From assembly GCA_963806225.1 (NCBI GenBank), contig CAWDXG010000004.1:5216001-5280000 (forward strand): a stretch of 64,000 nucleotides of DNA. The letters are read 5' to 3'. The notes under the pieces were generated by a model, which was given only the letters and a program-made list of their open reading frames with translations, did not search any database and was not told the DNA's origin. Position 1 is the first letter of the stretch, and the number at the start of each line of letters is the position of its first letter. This document shows positions 33,018 to 42,836 of the stretch, in pieces. A program made the translations under genes and the position numbers. Source of the stretch: an uncultured delta proteobacterium (GTDB taxonomy: Bacteria; Myxococcota_A; Polyangia; Polyangiales; Polyangiaceae).

Positions 33018-34239
33018 ATGCCCGCGGTTCGTTGCCCTTCCCTGCGCGTCGTGGCGGTGGTGTTCGGGGTGCTGTTCCTGGTCCCAGGTTCGGCCTCGGC
33101 AGAGGGACCACGCGACGAAGCTTCGAGCGCATCGGGCGTGGCGGTCGGCGCCGCCACCGAGGTCTCGGCCTACGGCGACTCGGACCACGTCGGCGTGGTC
33201 ACGCCGGAGGCGTCTATCAGCGTCACGAGCCCGAGCACGGGCTGGTCCGGCTCGGGCAGCTATCTAGTGGACATGATCTCGGCGGCGTCGGTCGACATCG
33301 TGTCGACGGCGTCGCAGAGCTGGCACGAAGTGCGGCACGCGGGAAACGTCAGCGTCGGCTACAAGCCGCATGACTTCGGCGTGCAGCTGGCCGGCGCGAT
33401 CTCCAGCGAGCCGGACTATCTGTCGCTGACCGGCGGCGGCACGCTAACGTTCGACTTCGACCAGAAGAACTACACGGCCCTGTTCGGCTATGCCTACGGT
33501 CACGACACGGCGGGCGTCACGGGCACGCCGTTCAGCGTGTTCTCGTTGAAGCTCGCCCGCCACTCGTTCAACGCGGGCCTGGACATCACGCTGGACCGGA
33601 GCACCCTGCTGGTCCTCATCGGCGACCTCGTCATCGAAAGCGGCGACCAGTCCAAGCCCTACCGCTACATCCCGATGTTCGCTCCGGACGTCGCGCCTAC
33701 GATCCCCAACGGCTTGAACGTGGACAGGGTCAACACGCCTGCGTCTGCCCGAGCGCCCGCGCGAGCAGTTGCCGCTGAACCGGGAGCGGGCCTCGTTGAC
33801 CGCGCGCATCGCCCACCACATGGCAAGCGGAACGGTCCGGGGCAGCGAAAGGCTGTACGCCGACAGCTGGGGCCTCGAGGCGTCCACGACCGATGCGCGC
33901 TATCTCTTCCAGGTGGGCCGCCGCTTCCTGATCGGACCGCATGTGCGCGCACACCTCCAGTCGGCGGTGTCGTTCTGGCAGCGCGCATACGTCTCCCGGT
34001 ACGACCCGAACGGGAAATGGACCGTGCCCCGCTACCGTACCGGCGATCGCGAGCTGGGGCCGATGGCGGCCTTCACCCTGGGCGGCTCCGCCGCCTACTA
34101 CTTCGGGCGCGCGCCGCTGGACCGCGCGTGGCACTTGTCGCTCGATCTCGAAGGCTCGCAGGACCTCTACTTCGACGACCTGTACATGACGTCCCGTGTT
34201 GCCGGGCTGTCGGCGTTGAACTTCGGGGGGACCTTCTGA
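33018..34239 (+). CDS. DUF3570-family outer-membrane beta-barrel (one +1 frameshift near 33737)
   Basis: YLVDMISAASVD and SSEPDYLS; continues in the +1 frame as LRLPERPREQLP..R...RLYADSWG...GDREL; terminal Phe. Confidence 0.85.
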
Positions 34240-34765
34240 TGGCGCGGCTCTGGAGGCTCGTGATCGCGTTTGTCGTGTGCGCTGGGCGCGGTCGCGTGCG
34301 GCAACCCGGTGCAGGATAACCTCAGGGAAAGCCTGGGCCACGAGGACCCGAACGTGCCGCGTGGCCCGCTGCATCGGCCCGGTCAGCCCTGCCTCGTCTG
34401 TCACAGCAGCGCGGGGGGCGTGGAGCCGTACATGTCTCGTTGGCGGCACTGTCTTCCAGTTGAACGCGAACACGCTGCCGGCGGCCGACGTGCTCCTCGA
34501 GCTGGTCGACTCGAAGAACCGGGTCCACAAGGTCGCCACCAACTGCGCCGGCAATTTCTACGTCCAGGAGCAGGACTTCCAGCCCGTCTGGCCGATGAAA
34601 GTCACCCTCGCATACGGCAACTTGCATTCCTACACACACCAGACGTGGATATACCGCGAGGGATCCTGTGCCGGCTGCCACACCGACCCCGCGACCGCGA
34701 CCAGCCCGGGACACGTCTACGTCACGAACGACGACACTGTGAAATTCGGTCAGGGGTGCCCATGA
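34239..34765 (+). CDS. Diheme c-type cytochrome lipoprotein (two +1 frameshifts near 34270 and 34437)
   Basis: Reconstructed MARLWRLVIALSCALGAVAC...HRPGQPCLVCH...VGGTVF...TNCAGNFY...GSCAGCH; start overlaps the upstream stop (TGATG). Confidence 0.75.
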
Positions 34766-35274
34766 GACGCTTGTCGTGGGTCAGCGTTCTCCTGGCGGCG
34801 CTGCTCGCTGCCGGCTGCTCGGGGCCCGCCACGGGCGAGACCGACATCGCGGAGCCGACCCATTTGCACTTCAAGGACGTGGCCGACGCGCTCGGCTACA
34901 ACTGCGGCACGCTCGACTGCCACGGCCAGCAGGGCCGCAACCTGCGCGTCTGGAGCAAGTACGGGATGAGGATCCCCGTGGGGGATGCCGGGGCAGTGCC
35001 CGGCAGCGGCGAGACTTCGGATGCGGAGGCCGAGAAGACGTATCGCTCCGTCGTCGGCCTGGAGCCCGAGATCATGAGCCAGGTGGTTCAGGACAAGGGG
35101 AAGCATCCCGAGCGCCTCACGATGATTCGCAAGGCGCGCGGCACCGAGGCGCACAAGGGTCTCAAGCGCATGAGCGCCGGCGACAAGCTGGACCGCTGCA
35201 TCACCAGCTGGCTTGCCGGACAGGTGAACGTGCAGGTCTGTACGGACCGTGACGTGGCGCCGCCCCTGAATTGA
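34762..35274 (+). CDS. Lipoprotein with atypical CX4CH motif (candidate cytochrome c)
   Basis: LAAGC lipobox; CGTLDCHG; later K.RG..AHKG...CI.SW; ATGA overlap with the upstream gene. Confidence 0.75.
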   Translation: MRRLSWVSVLLAALLAAGCSGPATGETDIAEPTHLHFKDVADALGYNCGTLDCHGQQGRNLRVWSKYGMRIPVGDAGAVPGSGETSDAEAEKTYRSVVGLEPEIMSQVVQDKGKHPERLTMIRKARGTEAHKGLKRMSAGDKLDRCITSWLAGQVNVQVCTDRDVAPPLN

Positions 35275-35279
35275 CCCAG

Positions 35280-36044
35280 ATGGCTTTCGCTTCCACATCC
35301 CGCGTCCGCGGAGCACTGCTCGCCGCGCTCCCCATCGCGCTCCTGTTCGCGAGCCGTTCTGCGCACGCCGAGCCCAGCCATGGCGTCCGGCTCGCGCCGA
35401 GTCTGTCGCTCGCCCAGGACTTCCTCTGGGCCGGTGGCACGGACGTGTGCACCGAGAAGAGCCAGGTGAACTTCGGCTGGTCGTGCTTCCGGAAGCAGGG
35501 CACGCAGTACCACGGCACTCCGGTGGAAGGCGTCAAGGACGCCGTGTCGTCGGGCTTTGCCGTGGCAACGACGCGGCTCTTGCTCGGGCTCGACGTGATG
35601 CCGCTCGACCAGCTCGGTCTGGGCGTGCGGATGGGGTACGCCTTCGGTGGCAGCCCGCGCACCGACGGGGGCCACCGCTTCCTGCATCTCCACCTCGAAG
35701 GCCGCGTCAGCTACTGGCTCGGACAGGCATATCCCGAGCACGGGATCGCGCCGTTCGCGTTCGCCGGCGGGGGTGTGGGCGAAGTCGACGCGCGCTACCC
35801 GGTAGACGTGAAAGAGAACCGCTCGGTGCCGCCGCCTCCCGAACAGCTCGACAACCCCGACTACCAGACGCTGGACGTCTACAAGAAGCTCGGGACGGGA
35901 TTCGCCAGCTTCGGTCTGGGCGGCTACTACGGTTTCGGGCCGGGTGGCGGCATCCTGCTTTCGGGCAAGGGCATGATGCTGTTCCCGTCTTCCGGTTTCG
36001 CCGCCGAGCTGGAGCTGGGCTACGCCGTCGGGATCGGGCTCTAG
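35280..36044 (+). CDS. Probable outer-membrane beta-barrel protein
   Basis: Signal peptide ending AHA; alternating amphipathic strands (GLGVRMGYAF, ELELGYAV). Confidence 0.7.
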   Translation: MAFASTSRVRGALLAALPIALLFASRSAHAEPSHGVRLAPSLSLAQDFLWAGGTDVCTEKSQVNFGWSCFRKQGTQYHGTPVEGVKDAVSSGFAVATTRLLLGLDVMPLDQLGLGVRMGYAFGGSPRTDGGHRFLHLHLEGRVSYWLGQAYPEHGIAPFAFAGGGVGEVDARYPVDVKENRSVPPPPEQLDNPDYQTLDVYKKLGTGFASFGLGGYYGFGPGGGILLSGKGMMLFPSSGFAAELELGYAVGIGL

Positions 36045-36050
36045 CGGCCG

Positions 36051-36440
36051 TCAGCTGTGCGGAATGCGCACGTCGTCCGACGTGCCGAGGTGACCGTCCC
36101 GGCCGGCGGAGCGGACCATGACACTCTTGTCATCGCAGCTCACGCGATAGCGATTGCCCCACGGATCCGAGGCCGTCGCGCTGGCCGGTAGCACCTTGTC
36201 GAGCTCGAGCTGACTGATCGTCGGACAGCCGGCTCCGTTGTCGGTCTGCCACTCCACCACGGCGTCGTGGATCACCTGCGCGCTCTTCTCGGCGGCATTC
36301 GTGCGCTCGGCGTCGAGCTTCGGCTTGATCCATAGCGTTGCCCCGCCTGCCACGAGCGCGACCAGCGCGGCAACGGCACCGACCTCGACCAGCGTGACGC
36401 CGCGGAGGGCGCGGCGGGGGGAGCGATGCTTCGAGTGCAT
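36051..36440 (-). CDS. GspG-like type II secretion pseudopilin
   Basis: Prepilin motif RG/VTLVEV; DPWGNRY; SAGRDG..GTSDD. Confidence 0.85.
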   Translation of the reverse strand: MHSKHRSPRRALRGVTLVEVGAVAALVALVAGGATLWIKPKLDAERTNAAEKSAQVIHDAVVEWQTDNGAGCPTISQLELDKVLPASATASDPWGNRYRVSCDDKSVMVRSAGRDGHLGTSDDVRIPHS

Positions 36441-36796
36441 ATGGACAGCCCAAGCAAACCGCGTGCCCTCCCGTGCCTAGCGTGGAACCGGCGGGAATCA
36501 TTGAGCTCACCCAGCCAGCGCCCGGAGGTGGCCGCGTCAATCTGGCCACGGGGAGCTGGAGCCAGCGGTCCACGCTGACAAGTTGTCACCGGAAGTGGGC
36601 GTGATCGTGATCAGGCCCTGGGCAAAATTGACTATGGCCATCTGCCTCGGGTGGGGTGATTCTGCTTGCGGGACGCGCGTGGAAAGCCGGGCGGGGGCAG
36701 CTGGAGGAGCGTGCAGAGGGGGCTGACGTTCCGACACACCGACCTTCCACGCGCTTCCCGCCATTTTCCGTCGTCCCGCCTGCTTGGGGCGACCGC

Positions 36797-37261
36797 TCAG
36801 CCGACGACGCGCCCGGAGACCCCCTCCAGACGGCGCTTGGCTTCTCTCCGCAGAAAGTCGAGCGCCTTCAGGCGCGTCTCGGCATCGGCCGCCGCGTCTG
36901 CGAGCGGATAGAGCGTCCGATCCTCGCGTTCGGCGTGCGCTCGCAGCGTGGCGATCAGCTCGTCGACGACATCCTTCCGCAGCGTATGCAGGTCGGCTCG
37001 CACGCCGAGCTCGGCGACCAGCCGGCGGATGCGATCGTGCTCTTCCTCGATCCCCTGCACCTCCGCGGCGTGATCCTTCTCAAGTAGTGGCAGGATGTAG
37101 CGCTCCTCGGCATCGAAGTGTGCCAACAGGCCGCTCTCGAATCTGGACCACATCTGCTGGATGGTGGGCTCGTCCGCGCCCTCGACGGTGTCGACGAGCT
37201 CTCCGAACAGAGCTTCGAGCCGGGTGTGGTCGGCGCGCAGCTCCTCTTGTATCTGGGCCAT
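36797..37261 (-). CDS. Hemerythrin-domain protein
   Basis: DH, HFDAEE, EH and HAERED ligand pattern. Confidence 0.88.
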   Translation of the reverse strand: MAQIQEELRADHTRLEALFGELVDTVEGADEPTIQQMWSRFESGLLAHFDAEERYILPLLEKDHAAEVQGIEEEHDRIRRLVAELGVRADLHTLRKDVVDELIATLRAHAEREDRTLYPLADAAADAETRLKALDFLRREAKRRLEGVSGRVVG

Positions 37262-37375
37262 GGCAGAAACGTTGGTCCGCCGCGGCTCGCCCGCCAGTGG
37301 ATAACCAACAACCGTCAGGTCCCCCTGGGCCCCGGCTTGCGGCTCCGGGCGCCGCGGTTCTAGCGTGAAGGCCAA

Positions 37376-37909
37376 ATGTCGGGCGCTGGCGCCGGGAAGG
37401 CGCGCGAAGTACGGGAAGTGATGGACGCGTTCCGCCGCGTTGTTCGGGAGCTGCGCCTCAGCGGCGGCCAGGTCGAGCGCAAGCTCGGCATCAGCTCTGC
37501 CCAGCTGTTCGTCCTGCACGAACTGGGGAACAGCCCGGGCTGCTCCATCGGCGAAGTCGCCGAGCGCACGCACACCGATCAGAGTTCGGTGTCGACCGTG
37601 GTCAGCCGGCTCGTCTCGGCAGGTCTCGTAAAGCGCGAGGCCTCCGCGGAGGACGGGCGCCGAGCGGAGTTGAGGCTCACCACTCGCGGCAAGGCGTTGC
37701 TCCGGCGCGCTCCCGGAACCGCGCAGGAGCGCATGGTCAAGGCGCTCGCCGGCCTGCCCGCACGCGAACGCCATGTGCTCGCTCGTTCGTTGACCCAGCT
37801 CGTCGACGAGATGGGTGCGGTCAACGGGTCTGCTCCGCGAGCCACGCGCGGCGCCCCGAAGCGCACGGGCGCCCGCAAGAAGAAGAAGAAGAAGAACTAC
37901 GCCAGGTAG
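37376..37909 (+). CDS. MarR-family transcriptional regulator
   Basis: QLFVL...SVSTVVSRLVSAGLV.R....DGR...LRLTTRG. Confidence 0.9.
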   Translation: MSGAGAGKAREVREVMDAFRRVVRELRLSGGQVERKLGISSAQLFVLHELGNSPGCSIGEVAERTHTDQSSVSTVVSRLVSAGLVKREASAEDGRRAELRLTTRGKALLRRAPGTAQERMVKALAGLPARERHVLARSLTQLVDEMGAVNGSAPRATRGAPKRTGARKKKKKKNYAR

Positions 37910-37916
37910 CGTCCGG

Positions 37917-38579
37917 TCAGCTGCGTTCGAGCGCCTGCGATAGGAACGCGGTGACGCGTTCGGCGAGGTTCGCGATGCCGCCGGATGGTGCGCGTAGGTG
38001 GCCGTCCAGCCACAAGAGCGCGAGGCCGTGGACAACCGACCAGGCCGCGGTCGTCACGACGGAGAGTTGCTGCTCGTCGACGGGGCCCTTCTGTCGCGCC
38101 ACGGCTTCGCTCGCCGTGTCGACGAGGACCTGGAACGCCGCTCGCGAGCTTCGCTCCAGCTCCGGCGATTCGCTTCGCGGCAGCTCGGGCCCGAACATGA
38201 TCCGGAACAGCGGAGCGTGCTCCGCGGCGAACCGCACGTACGCGACGCCCGCGGCATTGAGCCGCGCCCGCGGCTCGGCTCCCGCGGCGTCGGCCGCGCG
38301 CTGCATGGCAGCCCCGAGCTCGTCGAACCCCTCGGCGGCCACGGCGGCGAGCAGCTCGCGCTTGTCGGAAAAGTGGTGGAGCGGTGCGGCGTGGGATACG
38401 CCGAGCCGGCGCGCGACGCCGCGCAGGCTGAGTGCCGCGGCGCCCTGCTCGGCGATGATCTGTTGCGAGGCGTCGATCAGCGCGCGGCGCAGGTCGCCGT
38501 GATGGTAGCGACCGCGGGGTTTCTTCCCCGCCTCGCTCTTTCCGGAAGTCCGGCGGTTCACCTGGGTGGAGGGAGCCAT
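37917..38579 (-). CDS. TetR/AcrR-family regulator (WHG-type C-terminus)
   Basis: YHHGDLRRALI, LSLRGVARRLGVSHAAP.HHF and WSVVHG. Confidence 0.92.
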   Translation of the reverse strand: MAPSTQVNRRTSGKSEAGKKPRGRYHHGDLRRALIDASQQIIAEQGAAALSLRGVARRLGVSHAAPLHHFSDKRELLAAVAAEGFDELGAAMQRAADAAGAEPRARLNAAGVAYVRFAAEHAPLFRIMFGPELPRSESPELERSSRAAFQVLVDTASEAVARQKGPVDEQQLSVVTTAAWSVVHGLALLWLDGHLRAPSGGIANLAERVTAFLSQALERS

Positions 38580-38583
38580 GGGG

Positions 38584-38626
38584 TCTTGACAGTGTCAAGA
38601 TAGGCGCTATCTTGACACTGTCAAGT
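38584..38626. promoter_or_regulatory. Tandem palindromic operators between tetR and the desaturase-like gene
   Basis: TCTTGACAgTGTCAAGA and TCTTGACAcTGTCAAGt; together they form a perfect 19-bp-arm inverted repeat (38585-38625). Confidence 0.85.
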
Positions 38627-38654
38627 TCGGGGCTGTGCCTCGCGTGGAGGGTTC

Positions 38655-40437
38655 ATGAAAAAGAGCGAACGCGCGGATCGATTCCGCAGCCTCGAGCGGG
38701 ACCGCTTCGATGTCGTCGTGGTGGGGGCGGGGATCGGCGGGCTCACGGCCGCCGCGCTGCTGGCGCGGCGCGGCTATTCCGTGCTGGTGCTCGACCAGCA
38801 CTACGTGGCCGGCGGCAACGCCACGGTGTTCCGCCGCCCGGGCTACGAGTTCGACGTCGGCGTGCACTACATCGGCGACTGTGCGCCCGGCGGATCCATC
38901 CCCGGCATCCTGCGCGCCGCCGGCGTCGACGACGTGGAGTTCCGCCCGCTCGATGCCGACGGCTTCGACACGCTGGTCTTCCCGGACTTCACCTTCCAGG
39001 TGCCGCGCGGCATCGACCGCTACCGTGAGCGGCTGCTCGAGCAGTTCCCGCGCGAACGCCGTGGCATCGATCGCTACATCCGCGTGCTCGAGCAGTTCGA
39101 CGCGCTGCAGGGCCTGGCCGTCAAGCCGCGCAAGGCGTGGAAGGTGCTGCCCCGTTCGCTCACCGCGCTCCGCTACGCCACGGCTACGCTCGGGAGCTTC
39201 CTCGATACGTGCACGCGCGACCCGAAGCTTCGCGCAGTGCTGGCCGCCGAGAACGGCGACTACGGCCAGCCGCCGAGCCGCGCGTCGCTGATGCTGCACG
39301 CGGGATTGATGCTGCACTACCTCAAGAGTGGCGGCTACTACCCGGTAGGTGGCGGCCAGGTCATGTCGGACAGGCTCGCCGACTCCATCGAGCGGAACGG
39401 CGGGAAGATCCTGCTCCGCGCCAGAGTGGAACGGATCGTCGTGGAGGACGGTCGCGCCACGGGCGTCGTGCTCTTCAACAAGCACGTTGGCCGGCGCGAG
39501 GTCCGCGCCGGCACGGTCATCGCCAACAGCGATCTCGAAGCGCACACTGCTCGAGCTGGTCGGCCCGGAGGTGCTCTCGCCGCGCACTGCGAAACGCGTG
39601 GGTGACTACGAGATGTCGCCGGCGCTCGGCGTCGTCTATCTCGGCATCCGGGGTGACCTCGCCGCCGAGGGCCTGCCGAATACGAACTACTGGGTCAGCC
39701 GCTCCTACGACTTCGAGCGCATCTACGAAAACACCCGCGCCGGCCGCTTCGACCCGGACCCACTCGTCTACATCTCGATCGCCTCGCTCAAGGATCCGGA
39801 AAACCGCCGCATCGCGCCGCCGGGGATGACCAACCTGCAGCTCATGTCCCTGGCGCCGAGCCAGCCGGAGAGCTGGGGCGTGACGCCTGCCCAGGTCGAG
39901 AGCGGGGCGTACAGCAAGGTCGCGGACTACCAGGAACACAAGGCCCGCTACGCCGCACGCCTGATCGAAGGGGCGGAGCGCGTGCTGCCCGGGCTTCGGG
40001 ATCGCATCGTGATGCAGGAAGTGTCCACGCCGCTCACCCACAGCCGCTACACGCTCTCCAGCGGCGGCACCTCGTACGGGTTGTCGCTGATCCCGTCGCA
40101 GTTCTTCCTCCGTCGCCCCGGAGCCAGGACGGAAATCGAGAACCTGTACCTGTGCGGCGCCAGCACGCGCATGGGGCACGGCATCATGGGCGCGATGATG
40201 GGCGGGCTGGAGGCGGCTTCGCAGCTTGTCGGCCGGCAGATCTACGGGGAAGCCCTGCGCCGCCGCCCGGCGGATGCCGCCCCCGCTACCCCGCCGCGCC
40301 GAACCGCTCGATCAACCCGCGGTGGGCGTCCAGCGCCGGGTCCGGACTCGTCAGTTGTGTCGGACGATAGCCGCTCGACAGCCGGAGAACCCGGACCTGC
40401 CGTCCGTCCACCCGGAAGTGCACCCGCCAATCCTTGA
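38655..40437 (+). CDS. Phytoene desaturase-family FAD-dependent oxidoreductase (one +1 frameshift near 39537)
   Basis: VVGAGIGGL, GYEFDVGVHY and YPVGG; continues in the +1 frame to STPLT, IENLYLCGAS and GHGI. Confidence 0.88.
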
Positions 40438-41080
40438 TGGCCAGCCTGAACCCGTCGCCTTCGCGCTTGATGCGCCGGTAGGCATGCGGCAGCGGACCGA
40501 GCGAGAGCGTCTCTACGATGCGGCTTTCGAGGTCTATTTCGTGCTCGTCGACGAGGAACCGGAGCTGGGCCGCTGCCAGCTCGTCGATCTCCACCGCCCA
40601 GCGCTCGACCGGATCACCGGGCGCGGCTCCGGCCTCGGTGTCGAGCCAGCCGTTTCCGGCTTCGGGGATGGCGTCGGTGTAGGCAACGTAGGGCTTGATG
40701 TCGACAACCGGCGTGCCGTCGAGCATGTCGACGTTCAGGATATCCAGCCTCAAGCCCTCCACGCGCTCGAGCTTCACCACGCTCAGGCCGAGCGGGTTCG
40801 GTCGGTGTGGGGCACGGGTGGCGAATGCGCCGCGGCGTACGTGGCTGCGCGGCGGCTGCACCTTCGGGCGCCAGCCGTCATTGAGATGGAACCAGAACAG
40901 CACCCAGATGTATTCCCAGCTTTCGAGGTCCGACAGTGCGTCCTCGAAGTGCCTGCCCGGAAAGAGCTCGATGCTGCCGCGCACACCCTCGGCCGCGCGC
41001 GGTTGCCGCGGTGCATCCACCCGCTCGCTGAACGGTGAGTGCACGATGCCGATGGGCTCCAGCACCAGGACCTGATCCAT
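40286..41080 (-). CDS. trmO: tRNA t6A37 N6-methyltransferase TrmO (TsaA/YaeB)
   Basis: PIGIVHSPF...APRQ, GAFATRAPHRPNPLGLS and DMLDGTPVVDIKPY. Confidence 0.92.
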   Translation of the reverse strand: MDQVLVLEPIGIVHSPFSERVDAPRQPRAAEGVRGSIELFPGRHFEDALSDLESWEYIWVLFWFHLNDGWRPKVQPPRSHVRRGAFATRAPHRPNPLGLSVVKLERVEGLRLDILNVDMLDGTPVVDIKPYVAYTDAIPEAGNGWLDTEAGAAPGDPVERWAVEIDELAAAQLRFLVDEHEIDLESRIVETLSLGPLPHAYRRIKREGDGFRLAIKDWRVHFRVDGRQVRVLRLSSGYRPTQLTSPDPALDAHRGLIERFGAAG

Positions 41081-41215
41081 GCGACGGTCATAGCGCACGG
41101 CGCCCTCGGCCCCCAGAGCCGGAGCCCGCCAGAGCTGCCCGCGGACCTGCTGGAACGGCGGCTGTAGCCTGCGGGACACAGTTGCCTTTCCGCGTCGGTC
41201 GGTCATGATCCAGAG

Positions 41216-42832
41216 GTGCCCCCCCGCCGGTCCCGCCGGACTGTAGCGAACCCCCGGCGTGTCCGCGGGGTAGCCCGGCCTTTCGCGCTGCTCGTAGCGC
41301 TCGTGCTGGCTGGCTGCAGCGCCAAGCCGCCGGACGAGGGAACGGACGAGGACCGCGTCGTCGGCACCGCGGTTCCAGCGACGGACCTGCGCGGGCCCGT
41401 GCTCAGCGTCGCCGAGCCACCCAGAAGCCAGCTCGCCTACTCCGTGCGCGATGCCGACACCCACGAGCTGATCCCGTGCAAGCTCACCTTTCTGGGCGTG
41501 CACGGTTCGCACGACCCGCTGTTTTCGCACAAGGACAAGCCGCGCCAGCTGCACGGGGCCATCGCCGCGTTCAACCGCATCTTTTCCCTGAGCGGCGCCG
41601 GCAGCGTGCGGCTGCCGCGCGGGCACTACGACGTGTACGTCAGCCGCGGGCCGGAGTGGACGCTAGACGTGAGGCGCAACCTCGCGGTCGGCGCGCGCGG
41701 AGCGCGTCTGGATGTCGAGCTCGCCCACGTGGTGGATAGCTCCGGCTGGATCAGCGGCGATTTCCACGTGCACGCCGCTCCTTCGTATGACTCGCGCGTG
41801 CCGCTCAGCGCCCGCGTGTACGAGTTCGCGTCCGACGGCGTCGAGATCCTGGTCTCGGCCGATCACAACGTGATCTCCGACTACGGCCCGATCATCCGGC
41901 GGCTCGGCGCGGAACGCTACGTCGCCAGCGGCATCGGCAGCGAGATCACCACGCATCGCTGGGGACACTTCGGCGCGTTTCCGCTGCAACGCTTCCCGCG
42001 CTTGCCTGGCGGTGGCGCGATCCACGTCGCCGGTCGGACGCCGGCGGAGCTGTTCCAGGCGGTGCGCGAGCGGTCGCGTGAAGCGGTCATCGAGGTCAAC
42101 CACCCGCGGCTCGATCGCATGGCGTACTTCAAGGCCGGGAAGCTCGACTCGGCGCACGCCCGCTTCAAGAGGGCGGGCACGTCGTTCGACTTCGACGCCA
42201 TCGAGCTGTTCAACGGCTACGCCGGCCCACAACGCCAGCACGCCGAGCAGGTGCTCCGCGACTGGTTCAACTTGATCGATCACGGTCTGCGCTTCACTGC
42301 GACCGGCAACTCCGACACGCACCACCTGCGCTTCAACCTGGGTGGTTTCCCCAGGAACTACCTGCGCGTCGCCGACGATCGCCCCGAGGCGATGACGCCG
42401 GACCTCCTCGCCCGTACGGTGAAGGCCGAACGCTGCTTCTTCACCACGGGGCCGTTCGTTCGTCTGGACATTGCCGGCGGGCAGGAGGGCGACACGGTCG
42501 AGGCGACGAACGGCCATGTTCCTGGTGTGATCGAGGTGCAGGCGGCGCCGTGGATCGACGTGAGCGTGGTGACGCTGTACGTGAACGGACACGCGACGAA
42601 GCGCTGGGCCGTGCCGCCCAGCCGCATCGTGAAGCGCTTCGCCACGCACTTCAACGTCGACGTGGATCGCGACGCGTACTTCGTGGTGCGCGTGCAGGGC
42701 AAGCGCCCGCTGACGCCGGTGGTGGGCATGCCCGGCGGCTGGCGCGTGCTCCCGCTCGCGCTCACCAATCCCGTCTACGTCAACGTCGACGGCAACGGCC
42801 GCTACGACGCACCGTTCGCTGCAGGTCGCTGA
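41216..42832 (+). CDS. CehA/McbA-family PHP-like metallohydrolase lipoprotein
   Basis: SRGPEW, GDFHVH, DHN, GHF, NHP and GNSDTH; LAGC lipobox; start uncertain. Confidence 0.85.
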   Translation: MPPRRSRRTVANPRRVRGVARPFALLVALVLAGCSAKPPDEGTDEDRVVGTAVPATDLRGPVLSVAEPPRSQLAYSVRDADTHELIPCKLTFLGVHGSHDPLFSHKDKPRQLHGAIAAFNRIFSLSGAGSVRLPRGHYDVYVSRGPEWTLDVRRNLAVGARGARLDVELAHVVDSSGWISGDFHVHAAPSYDSRVPLSARVYEFASDGVEILVSADHNVISDYGPIIRRLGAERYVASGIGSEITTHRWGHFGAFPLQRFPRLPGGGAIHVAGRTPAELFQAVRERSREAVIEVNHPRLDRMAYFKAGKLDSAHARFKRAGTSFDFDAIELFNGYAGPQRQHAEQVLRDWFNLIDHGLRFTATGNSDTHHLRFNLGGFPRNYLRVADDRPEAMTPDLLARTVKAERCFFTTGPFVRLDIAGGQEGDTVEATNGHVPGVIEVQAAPWIDVSVVTLYVNGHATKRWAVPPSRIVKRFATHFNVDVDRDAYFVVRVQGKRPLTPVVGMPGGWRVLPLALTNPVYVNVDGNGRYDAPFAAGR

Positions 42833-42836
42833 GCCG

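Noticed and set aside
40286..40437. 152-bp convergent overlap of the desaturase tail with trmO as a functional feature
   Set aside because: The tail is low-complexity and beyond the conserved domain; stop-codon loss or another indel is more likely.
38655..40437. Carotenoid biosynthesis cluster
   Set aside because: No phytoene synthase, cyclase or prenyltransferase is nearby, and the family includes non-carotenoid enzymes.
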